Below are positions 29,601 to 42,379 of a stretch of 64,000 nucleotides of DNA, in pieces (position 1 is the stretch's first letter; each line of letters opens with the position of its first letter). The notes below the pieces were generated by a model. The model saw nothing but the letters and a program-made list of their open reading frames with translations, was not told the origin of the DNA and did not search any database. The position numbers and the translations under genes were made by a program. Location of the stretch: assembly GCF_002105155.1 (NCBI RefSeq), contig NW_019028981.1, positions 62,001-126,000 on the forward strand, written 5' to 3'. Source of the stretch: Lobosporangium transversale (taxonomy: Eukaryota).

Positions 29601-31340
29601 TTATGCACGTCTTTGTTGTTGCTGTTGTTGTTGCTGCTGCTGCTGCTGCTTTTTCCGCAAGTTAAGCATGGCTTGCTGTTTTTGAAATTGCTCTTGTAAT
29701 TCATGCTGGCGTTGCTGTACGCGTTGCAGCTCTGCCTGTGTTTCTTGTAGTAATGCGTTCATCACAAGAGGGTCTTCTTGATCCGCTTCTACTGTTGTAA
29801 TGGTCGATCCCGATGATGTGCCATCAGATGTTACTGTGGCCGCTTCAGACATCATCATTGCATTACTTTCGCTGCTGTTGCTGCTGCTCTTGTTGCTACC
29901 CATCTCATCCAGAGGCTCTTGCTTAATTCTGCTCTGGTGCATCATCTGCAGATCAAAGTACTGATGCTGCAACTGGAATCCACAAGATTCGAGCTCTACA
30001 CCTAATGATGATGCAGGTCGTGGTGGTGGGGGACTGTACCTGAGTGGTCCAGAATTAGCTCCAACCATTAGGTTATGCGCCATATCAGAGCTTGTCAACG
30101 GCTGTTGGACTAGCTCATGACCCACTGGTGCACCGGCGCCTGTCATTGCGGATGTCCACGATACTTGAACACCCGGATTTGGAGCTGAGAATCCAGAAGA
30201 TGCCATCGTGTGGTTCGTCGAGTATGGATGATGGTGCCGAGCTGGTAAGGAAGGTCTCCTCATCAGACGGATAGCACGATGCTCAACCGCCGCTGGAGAT
30301 GTAGGAGAGCTTCGCGTGAGGAGGTATGGGTGATGCTGATGATGCTGAAACTGATGCAGCTGCGACATCGGGACTGGAGACCTTGCTTGATGCGGCATTG
30401 ACGTGACTCTTGAACGTACATAAGGGTGAGCTTGTTGTAGACGCTGCTGAGATTGTGAAGGTTGCTCGTAGAACTGTTGTTGATAATGAAGCTGTTGCTG
30501 CTGTTGCTGTTGTTGCTGTTGTTGCTGTTGTTGCTGTTGCATTTTAGCCAAAAAAATAGCCTCTGCGGCAGCTTTACTGCCACCCTTGGGTCGACCCCTT
30601 GGCTTTGGGATCGCATCTCGGCAAGTCAATGCTTTGGATGGATGCTTAAGACAGTTCTGGCAAGGTCGTCCAGCATCACATTTAATGTGGGACCGCTTGC
30701 AGCTTGCGCATGCAATAACAGGTGTCACCATCATGGTCATTGTTTCATCAAAGTCTGCGGAAACAGGAGAAGACGCGGTAGAGGAGTTTGTGGAAGGCGA
30801 AGGTGCGTTGGAAGATGGAGAAAGCGCAGTCGTTGTTGTCGCGGGCACGAACATTCGGAGATTCGAAAGCTCTTGAGCGCCACTACCTTGCTGCTGTATA
30901 CGCGTCAAACCATTCGGAAACGTTACTGTGTTCGATGACAGGTTTGTCTCGAACTGGAACAGAGGAGCTGATGAAGGCACCACTGATGGTATTGTGGTCA
31001 TACTTGTGAATAAATCAAAGTCTGGATGGAAGGGCCGCTGAGCTTGAGATGGGAATTGAAAGTGGTGAAGTTGCTGCTGTTGTTGATGATGGAAATAAAG
31101 CGGATTGGGATTTGGGGTACACATTGATGTAATGTTTAATCCTCCAGCGGGTGCAGAGGAAAATGCGATTGAGTATGCGGTAGATTCGTCTGCAGTAGAC
31201 GAAGTTGTTTGGTAGAGATGGTTGGATGGATGCATGGGCTGTGTCTGCTCGAGATGTGAATGTATGTTATCGAGACTAGGATCTATCGTTGTATTACTTC
31301 CCAGACTATAATATGAACTTTCGGAAGAGGTATTTGCCAT
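29601..31340 (-). CDS. Zn2Cys6 transcription factor with adjacent AT-hook and polyQ tracts
   Basis: ACASCKRSHIKCDAGRPCQNCLKHPSKALTC binuclear cluster followed by PKPRGRPKG; intronless 579-aa ORF. Confidence 0.9.
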   Translation of the reverse strand: MANTSSESSYYSLGSNTTIDPSLDNIHSHLEQTQPMHPSNHLYQTTSSTADESTAYSIAFSSAPAGGLNITSMCTPNPNPLYFHHQQQQQLHHFQFPSQAQRPFHPDFDLFTSMTTIPSVVPSSAPLFQFETNLSSNTVTFPNGLTRIQQQGSGAQELSNLRMFVPATTTTALSPSSNAPSPSTNSSTASSPVSADFDETMTMMVTPVIACASCKRSHIKCDAGRPCQNCLKHPSKALTCRDAIPKPRGRPKGGSKAAAEAIFLAKMQQQQQQQQQQQQQQQQLHYQQQFYEQPSQSQQRLQQAHPYVRSRVTSMPHQARSPVPMSQLHQFQHHQHHPYLLTRSSPTSPAAVEHRAIRLMRRPSLPARHHHPYSTNHTMASSGFSAPNPGVQVSWTSAMTGAGAPVGHELVQQPLTSSDMAHNLMVGANSGPLRYSPPPPRPASSLGVELESCGFQLQHQYFDLQMMHQSRIKQEPLDEMGSNKSSSNSSESNAMMMSEAATVTSDGTSSGSTITTVEADQEDPLVMNALLQETQAELQRVQQRQHELQEQFQKQQAMLNLRKKQQQQQQQQQQQQRRA

Positions 31341-32706
31341 GAAGAGAGGAAAGTGGCGAAGGTGGCGAAGAGGGAGAGAATATGGAAATAAGTGGCGATA
31401 TTAGTTATGATTGGTCGGTTTCTTGACGGCAACGTTGATTAAAGCCGTTGTTCTGGTGATGAAAAGAAAAGACAAAGAAAAAAAAAAAAGTCAGAACGAA
31501 GCAATTTATAGGTTACGTGCAATAAGAAAAGGTTTTTGGTTGACAAATGCCAAGAGGTTAAGGAGAATATAAATATAAACATAAACAGCTGCATCGATCA
31601 AATGTGATGACAAAATAGGATCAACCAATGTATTCCAACATACCAAAATTTTGTTTCTATTAACCTGGGGTATCGAAGCAAATTTACAAGTTTTACTTGG
31701 TCTGGAACGATTGAGTGGCAAGAGATGAAAAGACAAGGACAGGACGTGCTCTTTTTGGATTGTTTGGCAATTGGATGTTTGGACAATAAGGAAACAGGGA
31801 GGAGAGGGGGAAGTGCTGCAAGCTAAAAGGATTAACACAACACAGGATTCTGTTAGATGAGACTAGAAAAACCTTCTCGGTTCCTAATTAACACCCAGAG
31901 AGAAAAAAAAAGGTGATCTACACAGAAAAGGAAAACAAAGGGATTGGAAAAGGAGGAGAGAAAAATCAAGGGTCAAGGGGTCATGAGCAGAACGTTATTA
32001 TTTTATTTATGCTGGTAAAATCCAATCGTTTGTACTGAGGGGAGAGAGAGGACAATAAGGATCAAAATACACACCTTGAAGGGAATAAAGAAGAAAAAGA
32101 GCAATATATAAAAGAAAGAGTCAGCCCAAGAGCTGTGGAGGGGCAGGTCAGAATGTACAGGGGAAGGAATGATGTGTATTGAAGTCCAAGTGGGTGTTAC
32201 AAATAAGTAAGAAGTTGTATAAGTAAAAAATGTAAGGGATAGATATATAGAGGGAGCAATGTAATAGAGGAAAGGGACTAAACTACTATTAAAAAAAAAA
32301 TGTATAATTTGAAGATGTAAGACGGGCGATGCTATAAGCAAGAAGAGAAGAAGAGAAGAAGAGAAGAGAAGGAGAGAGAAGAAGGAATCTCTTATTTGTT
32401 GGGAAAGTAGGAAAGAGGGGAATGATGAGGTGCTTTTTATATGTGCCGCCATTTTTCCTCGAATGTTTTTTGCCATTGTTGCCATCTAAGCTATTTGGCG
32501 GAGCATGCATGCCACTGTTTACTTTCAAATTATTTAAGAATTCAATCGACTTGTTTACTCTATTTAATTGGACTAACTGACTCACTTTGTTTTATTTATT
32601 TACTTCTTAAAAAAGGACGAATAGATTACGCCTAGTTCTTAGTTCTATTGAATAGAAACTAAATATCGAAAAGAATGAACATATAAAATAAACAAATAAA
32701 TATTTT

Positions 32707-34788
32707 TTTCCCGCGTAATTTGTAAATATAACCAACACATAATCGCTGTATGACGGCAATGGTCGCATCCATCTGGACTACAAGTGAAGTGAATATATTG
32801 TAATCAGTCAGTCAAAACAATCACACAAACACATAAACAACAATAACAAGAAACAAGGCATAAGCACCAAACCCTAAAAAAAAAAAAAAAAGCGGCAAAA
32901 ATAAAACAAAATAAAAGAGACAGACACCATATTTTTGAAAAAACGTGCGATGATCATGAAGAAAGTGTAAAGTGTATAGAATATTGGTCGAAAAAAAAAA
33001 ATGAGGAAAAGGCACTGAGGTCGCTCGCAGTACAGGGCTTATGTTTGTTTGCGCAGGGTAACTCTTATAAACATCAACTTTACTCCTAATTAAATAGTTA
33101 TTTGAGTTACTAGACCTTGTTTTCGGTTGGTTGAAGACGGTTCGTACTCCTTATTTTTTTTTTAACAATAACCAGGCCAGTAATGGCCATTGGAGAGATT
33201 TATCTAGCCTCTTTCCCGATCGCCAGGCTCTCTCTATACCTCCCAGTCTCTCTGTGTTACAAGCTCACAAGTCTGTTGAGCCTATCGAAACTTGTGAGTG
33301 AATAAAGAAAGAATCCACGTAATCGGGGCCTCCCTCTCCTCGACACAGCGCATAATAAATGTGGGCTCTATCAAGCTAAAGACTGTCTAGCAAGATTACA
33401 GTGGAGAAGGAAGGGAGGAGAGGTAATGATGAAAATTCAGAAAAAAAGAAAAAATAATGTTCAGCGGGATGGATAGAACATCATTCTTTTTCTTAATTGC
33501 ATTTACGGTAGAAATATATTGCAACAAAGAAGGGGTCACACATGTTCAAAATTATGGTATTCTGCAGGCGGGAAAAAATGACATTTGCATTATGCTTTGG
33601 TCTTGACTTTGAAGGAGCAGGCTTTCTCTAACACAGCAACACACATTCGAAAAAAATGATTGCAAATAAAGGAAATAGAGTGTCTCTATCTTTCTGATGA
33701 GACGCTAGTACACCCCGTATACAATAACCATTGTTAAGAGAGCGAAGAGAGAGTGTGTAAAAAGAAGAGGAATGGGGAGAGAGAAAAGTGCGCATTATTT
33801 ATTACACTATCCATTACTGTCCTAATCTTGTCGATAATGTTTTGTCTAAAAAAGACATCCTATCCCATCCGCCTACCATGGATAACATGGGCGCCAGCTT
33901 TTTTCTCCTATCATTGACTTAGAGTTTATCTCGTGGTCCTGAAAAGAAGATTTTTTTTTCTTGGGCGTTAGAGTGTCGCCCATGCTTTGTCCAAACATGA
34001 TGACTTTTCCCGCGCTTTTTTATGCAATGCTTAGTTTGCTTTATTAATATTAGCACTACCCTATCCTGAGGAGGAGGAAGGGACGAGAGAAACCCACACA
34101 CAGCAAAAAGCAAGAGAGAAGCGAAGGAGGGAAGATGACGATGACGATAAGCATGAATTTTTTTTTGCATTGTCTCAATTCTCATCCCTGAGCTTTTCCT
34201 TCTTTCCTTCGCTCCCTAACCCCCCAACCCCAACTCCTCAGTCATACGATAGTAAAGTATCACAATATTATAGTGACATGATGCTCAGAGTTCCATTGGC
34301 CATACCTTTGGTCACTAATGACCCCCTCACATTTCAGCCTCTTACTTTTTATTGAAAACATTTAGTGATAAATGTGAATATGGCGTCGGTCTTTTGCCAC
34401 TCACGGAATCAGCCCATTGTATTAAGTGGAAAACTCCCAGTTTTTGCTTCGTCGCAAGACTGCTTTTATTGTTATTATAATCATTAGGGAGCCGACATTT
34501 TATTTTTTAGGCTTACTCACTGACCACTCGTCTGGATGGATCTTTTGACCAATAACCATTCAGATATGCTGGTTACCCACGAATTTGGTCCTTGGTCTGA
34601 GCGTGTTTACGTTTCTGTCTTTTTAAATATTATTGAATGAGTCAAAATAAAATTGAGACATTCAAACAACGTGTTAGTAAGAAGACCTCAAAGAGAATGA
34701 AAATAAGGGCGGGAAAAACACGAGGGTTATATTTGTTGTTATTTTTCTTTCGACAGAGAAGGAACAGGGAGGAAAGGGGATTTGAAAC

Positions 34789-34821
<33 letters not shown>

Positions 34822-37122
34822 AACAAACATTCAAACATCAACACCGCCAGCAAAACAAAAATGGTGAGAAGCAACGACAAAACAGACAAAAAAAAAATCG
34901 CTCTCGGCTCTCAACAATATCACTCACAAACAACTGCCTCATTTGGTTCGATTTCGCAAGAGGATTAGGATAGGAATGTTTGTTGATGGTCTTTCTTGGT
35001 TACACGCACTCTCAAAAAAAAATGGCGGGAAAAAAAAAAAAAAAAAAGACACATCCAAACAAACAATATAAAAAAGAAAGATAATAGAATAACAAGGTTT
35101 ATGAATTGAATCCTAGTACCGCAAAAAAGATCAAAAGAAATAGATACACATGTTTATCGACTCACTAGAATAAAGCTTACGTGGATAGAGGTCATTCACC
35201 CCATCCTTTAAGAGAGGGTCATACCTTGTCAATAGATCTAGTCATTCAATGTCTCTCTCAGTTTTCCCGCCATTTTTTTTTCCATCTTTGTCTAGAACAA
35301 AAAAGTAAAAATCGACTGATACTAATTATTTAAGGAAACAAGGGTATCGGGAAATGCAAGAGTGGGCGTCTTTTTTTACACTGCGGAAAAAGATAAGGGC
35401 AATGGTCACCATGTCTACTCTACAGAGTGTGTACCATATTCAATTTTCTCTTATCTCCGGGCTTTCTTCTTTTTTTGTGCCCTTCTCACCTAGTATATCT
35501 AACCTCTTCCCTCTCACAGCCATGCAACGACCTTACTTATTTTGTTTTTTAACAGAAGATCCTAATGCGGTGCCTGAAACTGCGAATGAGTGATACTTGG
35601 CCTAGTGAATTCTTTGTGTCTTCTCCTTTAGCGATCTTGAGGGTCATCAGCTTCTTTAGCCTCTAAAGCGTAATATGTTGTTGAAAAGGTCACCTGGTCT
35701 GATATGTAATGTTATATTTTTAGCAATACCGATGACATTCACCCTCATGGTCTACGGGGTATGGGTTTGTGCCATTTAAGGTCAAGCGAAAGGGCGAAGT
35801 AAGCTTATTGGATGACTAATGAGGCTCTACCAAAAACTATCGGTTCATCCTTCCTTCTGATACTTTCATGGATATGAAGCAAAGCTACCAATGTGTACAA
35901 TTTACAAGTACATTGATTAGAATACATTGATTGGAATGCGCCGCCAGAATAAAAGAATGCGTGGAGCGAAAAGGAAAAAGGGTATCTGAACGCAAAATAG
36001 ATCATCCCCAGTCCAAACCCTTTCGTCCGAACGAGTAAACGGGCTCTTGACGCGGGAGGAAAAAGAAAAGAGCAACGCGAATACTTTCTAGTCTTAAATG
36101 CCGTGCTTCTTCTAGTTTAACCATGGTCTCAGCTTGACCAGTTTTGTTCAGGAACATTTAAAAAAAAACGTAAGAGCGCGAGTCATAAAGAGGCTCTCGG
36201 TGTGCTATCTAATTCTTGATGTTTATTGTTGTTGATAATATTGGGTTGGCGCACATATGACATTGTAAGGATAGAAGATAAAATAAAGTGAAATGAGTCG
36301 AATAATACATTCGCATTTGAGGCGCAGGCAAACGAGAGGCAAGATCAATGGTGACAAACCCGTTTTGATTTGCCATGTTCTCGTGCAATTTACAAGGCTA
36401 GCAACACATTCATGTGGGACCATTGAGGGAAAAACCAGACCACTGAGGACTATGGGATGAAGCTGAGAAGAGAAAGTAGAAGAAAAATGTGTGAACAGTA
36501 AATACGCATGCATACACGCAATGCTGGCCAGTCTGTTAAAAATACATGCAATATGTATACAATCATTGCCTCATCCGTTGCATTGCGTTGCGGTCAGCAG
36601 GCTGGAAAGCTAAAAAGGCAGCTCATTGGTGTGATCGTTTTGTTATTGAGCTATTCTTATTCTTTTTTTTTCTTTCGTTCTAATTACATGTATACACCAT
36701 GTATATAATATAACTATTTGTGGTCTTCTTCCCGCTTCCTTTCACTCCCTGACTTATTTCTTCATGGAGATCATATTTACATTGAGTATTCATATTCCGG
36801 TCTATTTATTCTATTGATTTTTTTTTTTCTGTGGTGATGTATGGCATGCATGGTGATGCCGTAATGTTTGCATGCAATATGTCTATAAATTTTTATTTAT
36901 TTGTAATAAGAAATAAATACATCGATAATTCAATTTCAAAAACATGTTTATAGATGTACACTTGTGTCAGGTCCACTTGTCCTACCCTACACCATGCACA
37001 ATCATTGGTCTGGCCGGTAACAAGGTCAAATGAACAATCCTGTAACCGTCATAGTAAATATTTAACAACAGAACCACAACAATAGCAATGACAATAACAA
37101 TAACAAAAAAAAGCGCGGGAAA
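32707..37122. promoter_or_regulatory. Cluster of seven perfect E2F-type motifs (TTTCCCGC/GCGGGAAA)
   Basis: Copies at 32707, 33568, 34006, 34709, 35025, 35263, 37115 in the long intergenic region upstream of the Zn2Cys6 gene. Confidence 0.55.
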
Positions 37123-40100
37123 TTCATGGAACCATAGAAAACCTGGTTACCCAGGCCATCCTTATCCTGTCAAAAGGTAATACGGGCACGTGCGGTTTTT
37201 AGATTGACTCATTGCAACAGGAAAACTATGGGCCAACAGCGGTAAGTCATGAAGAGCATTTGGTTTTGGTTGCTGTTGTTAATTTCCTCTCCTCTTTTTT
37301 AACATACTCCTCTGTCCCTTGGAATGAAATAGTGTTGCAGTGTCTTTTATTTTGAGCAATGCTTTCAAACCCGCTTCCTCATCCTTCCTCACCCCTACCT
37401 CTAATCTTTTATTCTTTTATCCTTCATCCTCCTTCTCTCTTATTGTTTGTAAGTGAGCCCTACCCTATGGTTTCACCTAGGACCAAGGCAAATAGGAAAA
37501 GAAAGTGCATGACCATCAATGTCAGCGAACCTTCTCTTGCATGATAGCATTAATGCATGCTTACTCTTTGCTGTTGATGCTTTCTAAAAGCCTATTTTAT
37601 TGCATTTACATTTGCATATATTTTTTTACCATGGCTTCCCGCGACTGCTGAGCATTTTTTCAATCAACTATTACCGTCATGAACCATCATTCATGTGCGC
37701 ATAATAATGCTGGGATCCTCTTTTTGTCCTTTAAAGCCAAAAAATTGACGCCAAGATTGATATCGTTTCATGATAGATAATCTCTTCGTCGTGTACCGCA
37801 AGCACTCAAGCACTAAATTACCAACCTTACACTACACCACATTTTGCCCCATTTTATCAGATGACTTGTTTTATCGTCCGTCCTAGAAACATTCATGCGC
37901 GAACATTGAGAAACGTTTTATTTTTATTTACGCCCATTTATTTCTTCGTGCGCATTCTAAATAATGCTACTCATTGAACCATCCATAACCATCAATCAAC
38001 ACCTTTTTTTTTAGAAGTAAATAATGTTTACCATGATTGGTCTTTCTTCCCGTAGGCAAGGCCTCAGCATTTATATAAATATACAACCCCAACAGGGGCC
38101 TTCAAGGACCCGGCCCTCAGCCTATACCTTTGCATTATGCAGGAAGTGCCTGTAAGCCTAATTACCATCACCCCTGAAATGGATAATTGGTCTATGAATA
38201 ATGGATATACTGTCAATGCTTTCTTACAGACTCAGTATTTACCTTGGTGACAACTCTACGGAGAGTTGACTAAATGGGCCTTTTAATGGATCGTGCATCT
38301 CTCTTATTAACTCTTAACCCGATGCCGCCCACTCCTCTTTATCTCTTCCTCTTCACTCACCACTGCTACTGTTGCTACCATTATCACTGGTGTTCTGAAT
38401 TGATCTCTTCATATCATCTGTGACTTTACCGAATCTTCGTCCATATGGCTACATGCGGTGATAATTTAATCCTGCTGGCCCATTAAAGCACTGAAATAGT
38501 ACTTTTTCAACACCATAGTCATCCTAGTAGAGCTCCATTGCATTGCTTGTTAAGAAAAAGAAAAAGAAAAGTCCCCATCCCCGGAATGGCAATTATATTT
38601 GATCGTCATTCTTTGAAACGCCACCAATCTGCACGGCCCCTTCAAAAGCGTCTGTGCGTTCGTAAGACTAACACCAAGTAGGTGCCACCAACCTTAATGC
38701 GCAGCAGCAATATTTTTTTTTACTGTTGTCGATTAGAACGTTATAAGAAAAATAACTACAATGTTTAATATCCCGGGTAGGCATTAGCAGAGAGTATTTT
38801 AGAAGAAGAAAAAGGACTGAGTTGAATTACTCAATTGACATCTATTGGTTGAGGGAAAAGTCGGTGGTGTTCTGTCAGCACAGAATCTCCCATTGCTTGA
38901 TGAGCTTCCTCAAGGCCCCGCTTGATCAAGAGACCGTTCAACAAAAGCCAGTTATGGGCACAATCTTCAGAAATATGCTATTTCGACGCTATAAGTTTAT
39001 GCTTTGTCTATAAAAAGCTCCAAGGGTGGGTGTGACATTTCAATGCCTCCAATAAGAATGAGGCGTAGAGGATATATCCTAATAACGTTAAAGATCGAGT
39101 TTTTTAATAGGTATGCATTGCGAATCCATGAATAATCCCTCCTACGAAAGATTCAAGCCCAGGGTGTCACCTAGCTTGGGCAGTGTACTGAAACAGACGC
39201 TTCCTCCTGCATAGTGTGTGTCAGTAATTAAAAATTGTACAGTATTTATAAAAATGAATTTTCATTAGTTTGCATCAATAATGACAAATGCCAGTCTCAG
39301 CCATGGCTCTTATTTTGTCTGACAAGACATTGAAGCTCTCAAGCTTTGCTTATGGAAACATCAGCATACGCGCCCTAGAATTTTTTTAACCCAGCCTCAT
39401 GTTATGTAATAAGATCCTGGTATGCGATAATGGTCTCGTTCATGGCTATGGAATATGTATTTTCAGGTAAAAATCTACAAGTTATATTTACAAACAATCA
39501 TGAGCATAACTGCAAGATGAAAAACCCTTCTTGTCTCGATCAATTTTTTGTCTATTGGGCTCTCATGCCCATTTTTTGGTTTCGATCACCTCTTTGGTTT
39601 TTTTTTTTGCTTGCTGACGCCATGATGCTGTTGTGTACATATGCTTCACTTGACTCTTATGCGTGTCCAGAAAAATGAACAGTAAATCCGCCACCATGGA
39701 TCACAACAGCAATATCACAGCCCTTTCCAGAAAATATATGAAGCCATAGTCGCCTCGAGATTTTTTTTGCTCTGGAACAATGTTGCATAAGCTGACCCTG
39801 GAATGGAATCCAAATTCCTTACCAAATGAGCCGTCCCCACCCTCAAACCGGCTGGAAATGTAAAAAGCGAGCAGCAGCGACACCCATAAAAGCACGGGAT
39901 TACTACGAAGAATACAGTCCCTGTCATCTTAGTCGCGTTAAGACAGCTTTAAAGTCATTTTCTAGTCATATAAAACCATGTGTATTGATCATCCTTGCCA
40001 TTTATAAACAAAAATAGTGTTTAAAAAGTTAGAAACTGAGACATTAGCAAAGAAAGGAGAGATATAAGCAATGTGAAGAGAAGATGATAACCTGCACCAA

Positions 40101-40420
40101 TTGACATAATGGATACACGGCGGCTAGAAGCTTTTTTTTTGTCTGCTATGCCTATGGCTATCAGGAATAGTTAATCGGACAGTTGGTTAGCATGGTTTTC
40201 TAAATAGCTTCAAAGAAACCCTTTGTTTTTTTATAACCCATTTCCAGTTCTAATGCTAAAGCTATAACGCAAGAGGCTATATCTTCCTGCCTAACACTGT
40301 GATGTTCGATGGGAACTAATTGAAAAGTGGAGACTAGGAAAAGCGAAGCAGCAAATGTAGAGAGGGCGGATGAGAAGGAAATGCGACGCTTAGGCACAAT
40401 AGCAACATCCCTGGTTATGT

Positions 40421-40635
40421 TTAAAACTACTATTATCGCCAATTTCATTTGGTCATGATACCTTATATTTTTAATCTAAAAACGATGATTGAATTGTTCT
40501 GGTGGCATTTCACTACGTGACGGACTTGCAACAATACTCGTAACAAGCGAGCCAATTGGCTGCCAATACACTCGAAAGTATTCAAAAAATATAAGGTATC
40601 ATGACCAAATGAAACGGGCTATAATTTCAAACTAC
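40421..40635. mobile_element. MITE-like element with long TIRs and about 10-bp TSD (Mutator-like)
   Basis: Perfect 30-bp inverted repeat 40443-40472 / 40585-40614, imperfectly extending outwards; flanking direct repeat TTAAAACTAC / TTCAAACTAC. Confidence 0.65.
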
Positions 40636-42379
40636 AGCTTCGAACTGAAAGGAAAGAATGTTTAGTTGAGATGCCTGTGCGCCCGTAGTAGGATAGTCGA
40701 CCTTAACCAAGAATCCACCACAACTACTTATTGATTGATCGGAAGTTGGATGCTGTGTAGTCGTTTATTTCTTGCCTCCAAAAAAGGACCAGAATCCCCG
40801 AAGCCCTCATATCTATGCATGGTTATCTTATGGACCAGAGCGTTAACATCTTTTGTTCCTTCAAGAGCAAAAAAAAAAGACTAATTCAGTTTCGGTGAAT
40901 GAATTCATGAGAACACATGTGACTGAACAAACTAACATATAACGTTGCAGAACAACTAGGGGAAAACGCGTAACTCGCGACATATCCTAAAAAAGAACCA
41001 ATGGACTTTTGACCAGTAAGTAGAAGCCGACGACCGACTGATAGAATGAGTAAAATACCTTAAGGGAATTACTCTTGGCTCAAAAACCAAGCCATCAGGG
41101 CCATCAGATTCTTGACCAACATAACAACAACAAGTCATTTGGACCTGACACTCTTTATTCGGAGTAAATTAAACTGGATATCAATTTCCAAACAACACAT
41201 CAGCGGCGTTTATTAATGCACGGAGCATGAAAATTCAAAGAAGGGCAACTTTTACTAATCTCTGACCCTCCTCGATAACTGTTAAAAAATGGACGGGTTA
41301 TTGAGGCATGAAGAAAGGGACATCCAACAATACATGGCTGGTACCTATAACTTAGATCCACATAGAAGAAAATGGCTAAGAAAACGAAGATGGGAATGTT
41401 TAGTTATACATGCCGTAAACCGGATTTGCATCACATGACTCAGTTTATCTGATACCAGGATGGTCTCGTTGGTACCTTGGATCCCCTTTCAATTGTGTCA
41501 GAAGGCAACTAAAAGGTTTCACGAGTGCCTTTACCACGTTGTTGCAGAAGCGATGTCCTCCCCAACCCAACATTACAATGCAACCGATGTTGCTCCATCT
41601 CAGACGCTACTGAAGCTGCTTTGGCGAGCTCTGACCATTTAAAAAAACTGATGTCTTTGAGATTCATTGAGCGTGATCATATCCTAAAAAAAGGACTCGG
41701 TTTTTTACTCTTTTCACATATCTTTCTACATCCATAAGCCATCCTGTCTATCAGGAAACTAACAACATTAGTTTTAATGGGATTTCGTGCCATAACAGGA
41801 TGAAAAGTCTGGTGAGGGTACTAGGCATCTGTCATAATGTAAGTCTAGATCGGTCCAGGAGGGGAAACTATACCCTATTTTCTTTTAAGGTCTGTTCCCA
41901 GTCTATACATATTATATATTTTTGTGCAGTAATCATGAAGGATATAAGAAAAAAACGAACTCAATTTAAGGTGCTGTCCACAAGGCAAGGACTGTGCAGG
42001 TGCTCTGCATAAAAAATAAAAAGTCAAAAGTTATCGCTTTCGCTATTTACAGAAATACAAAAAGAATGTTGCTTCATCGAATCGAATAAGAGCAAGGGAC
42101 ATGCTTGGGCTTCAACTAGGACAAGGCCAAAATAGAACAGGGTAGGGGTAAAAACGACAAGGCAGGCTACGCGCTCAGCTGCATAACTTTTTTTTCCTTC
42201 TTTCCCTCTCGATCGTTCTCTGCTTTTCATCTTCACTCTTTCTTCATACTCTTTTCCTTGACCCCACACCTCATTCACTCCTCCATTCACATTCAGTCGT
42301 GGAACTCATTTCATTTCCCTTCTTCCTACAGACTTTCTCTTTTATCCCTATTCTTTGTGAAACACGAATTATAATCCGT

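Noticed and set aside
38040..41700. Scattered coding-like fragments in the large intergenic region
   Set aside because: Short, stop-riddled and not assignable to any family by eye; BLASTX needed.
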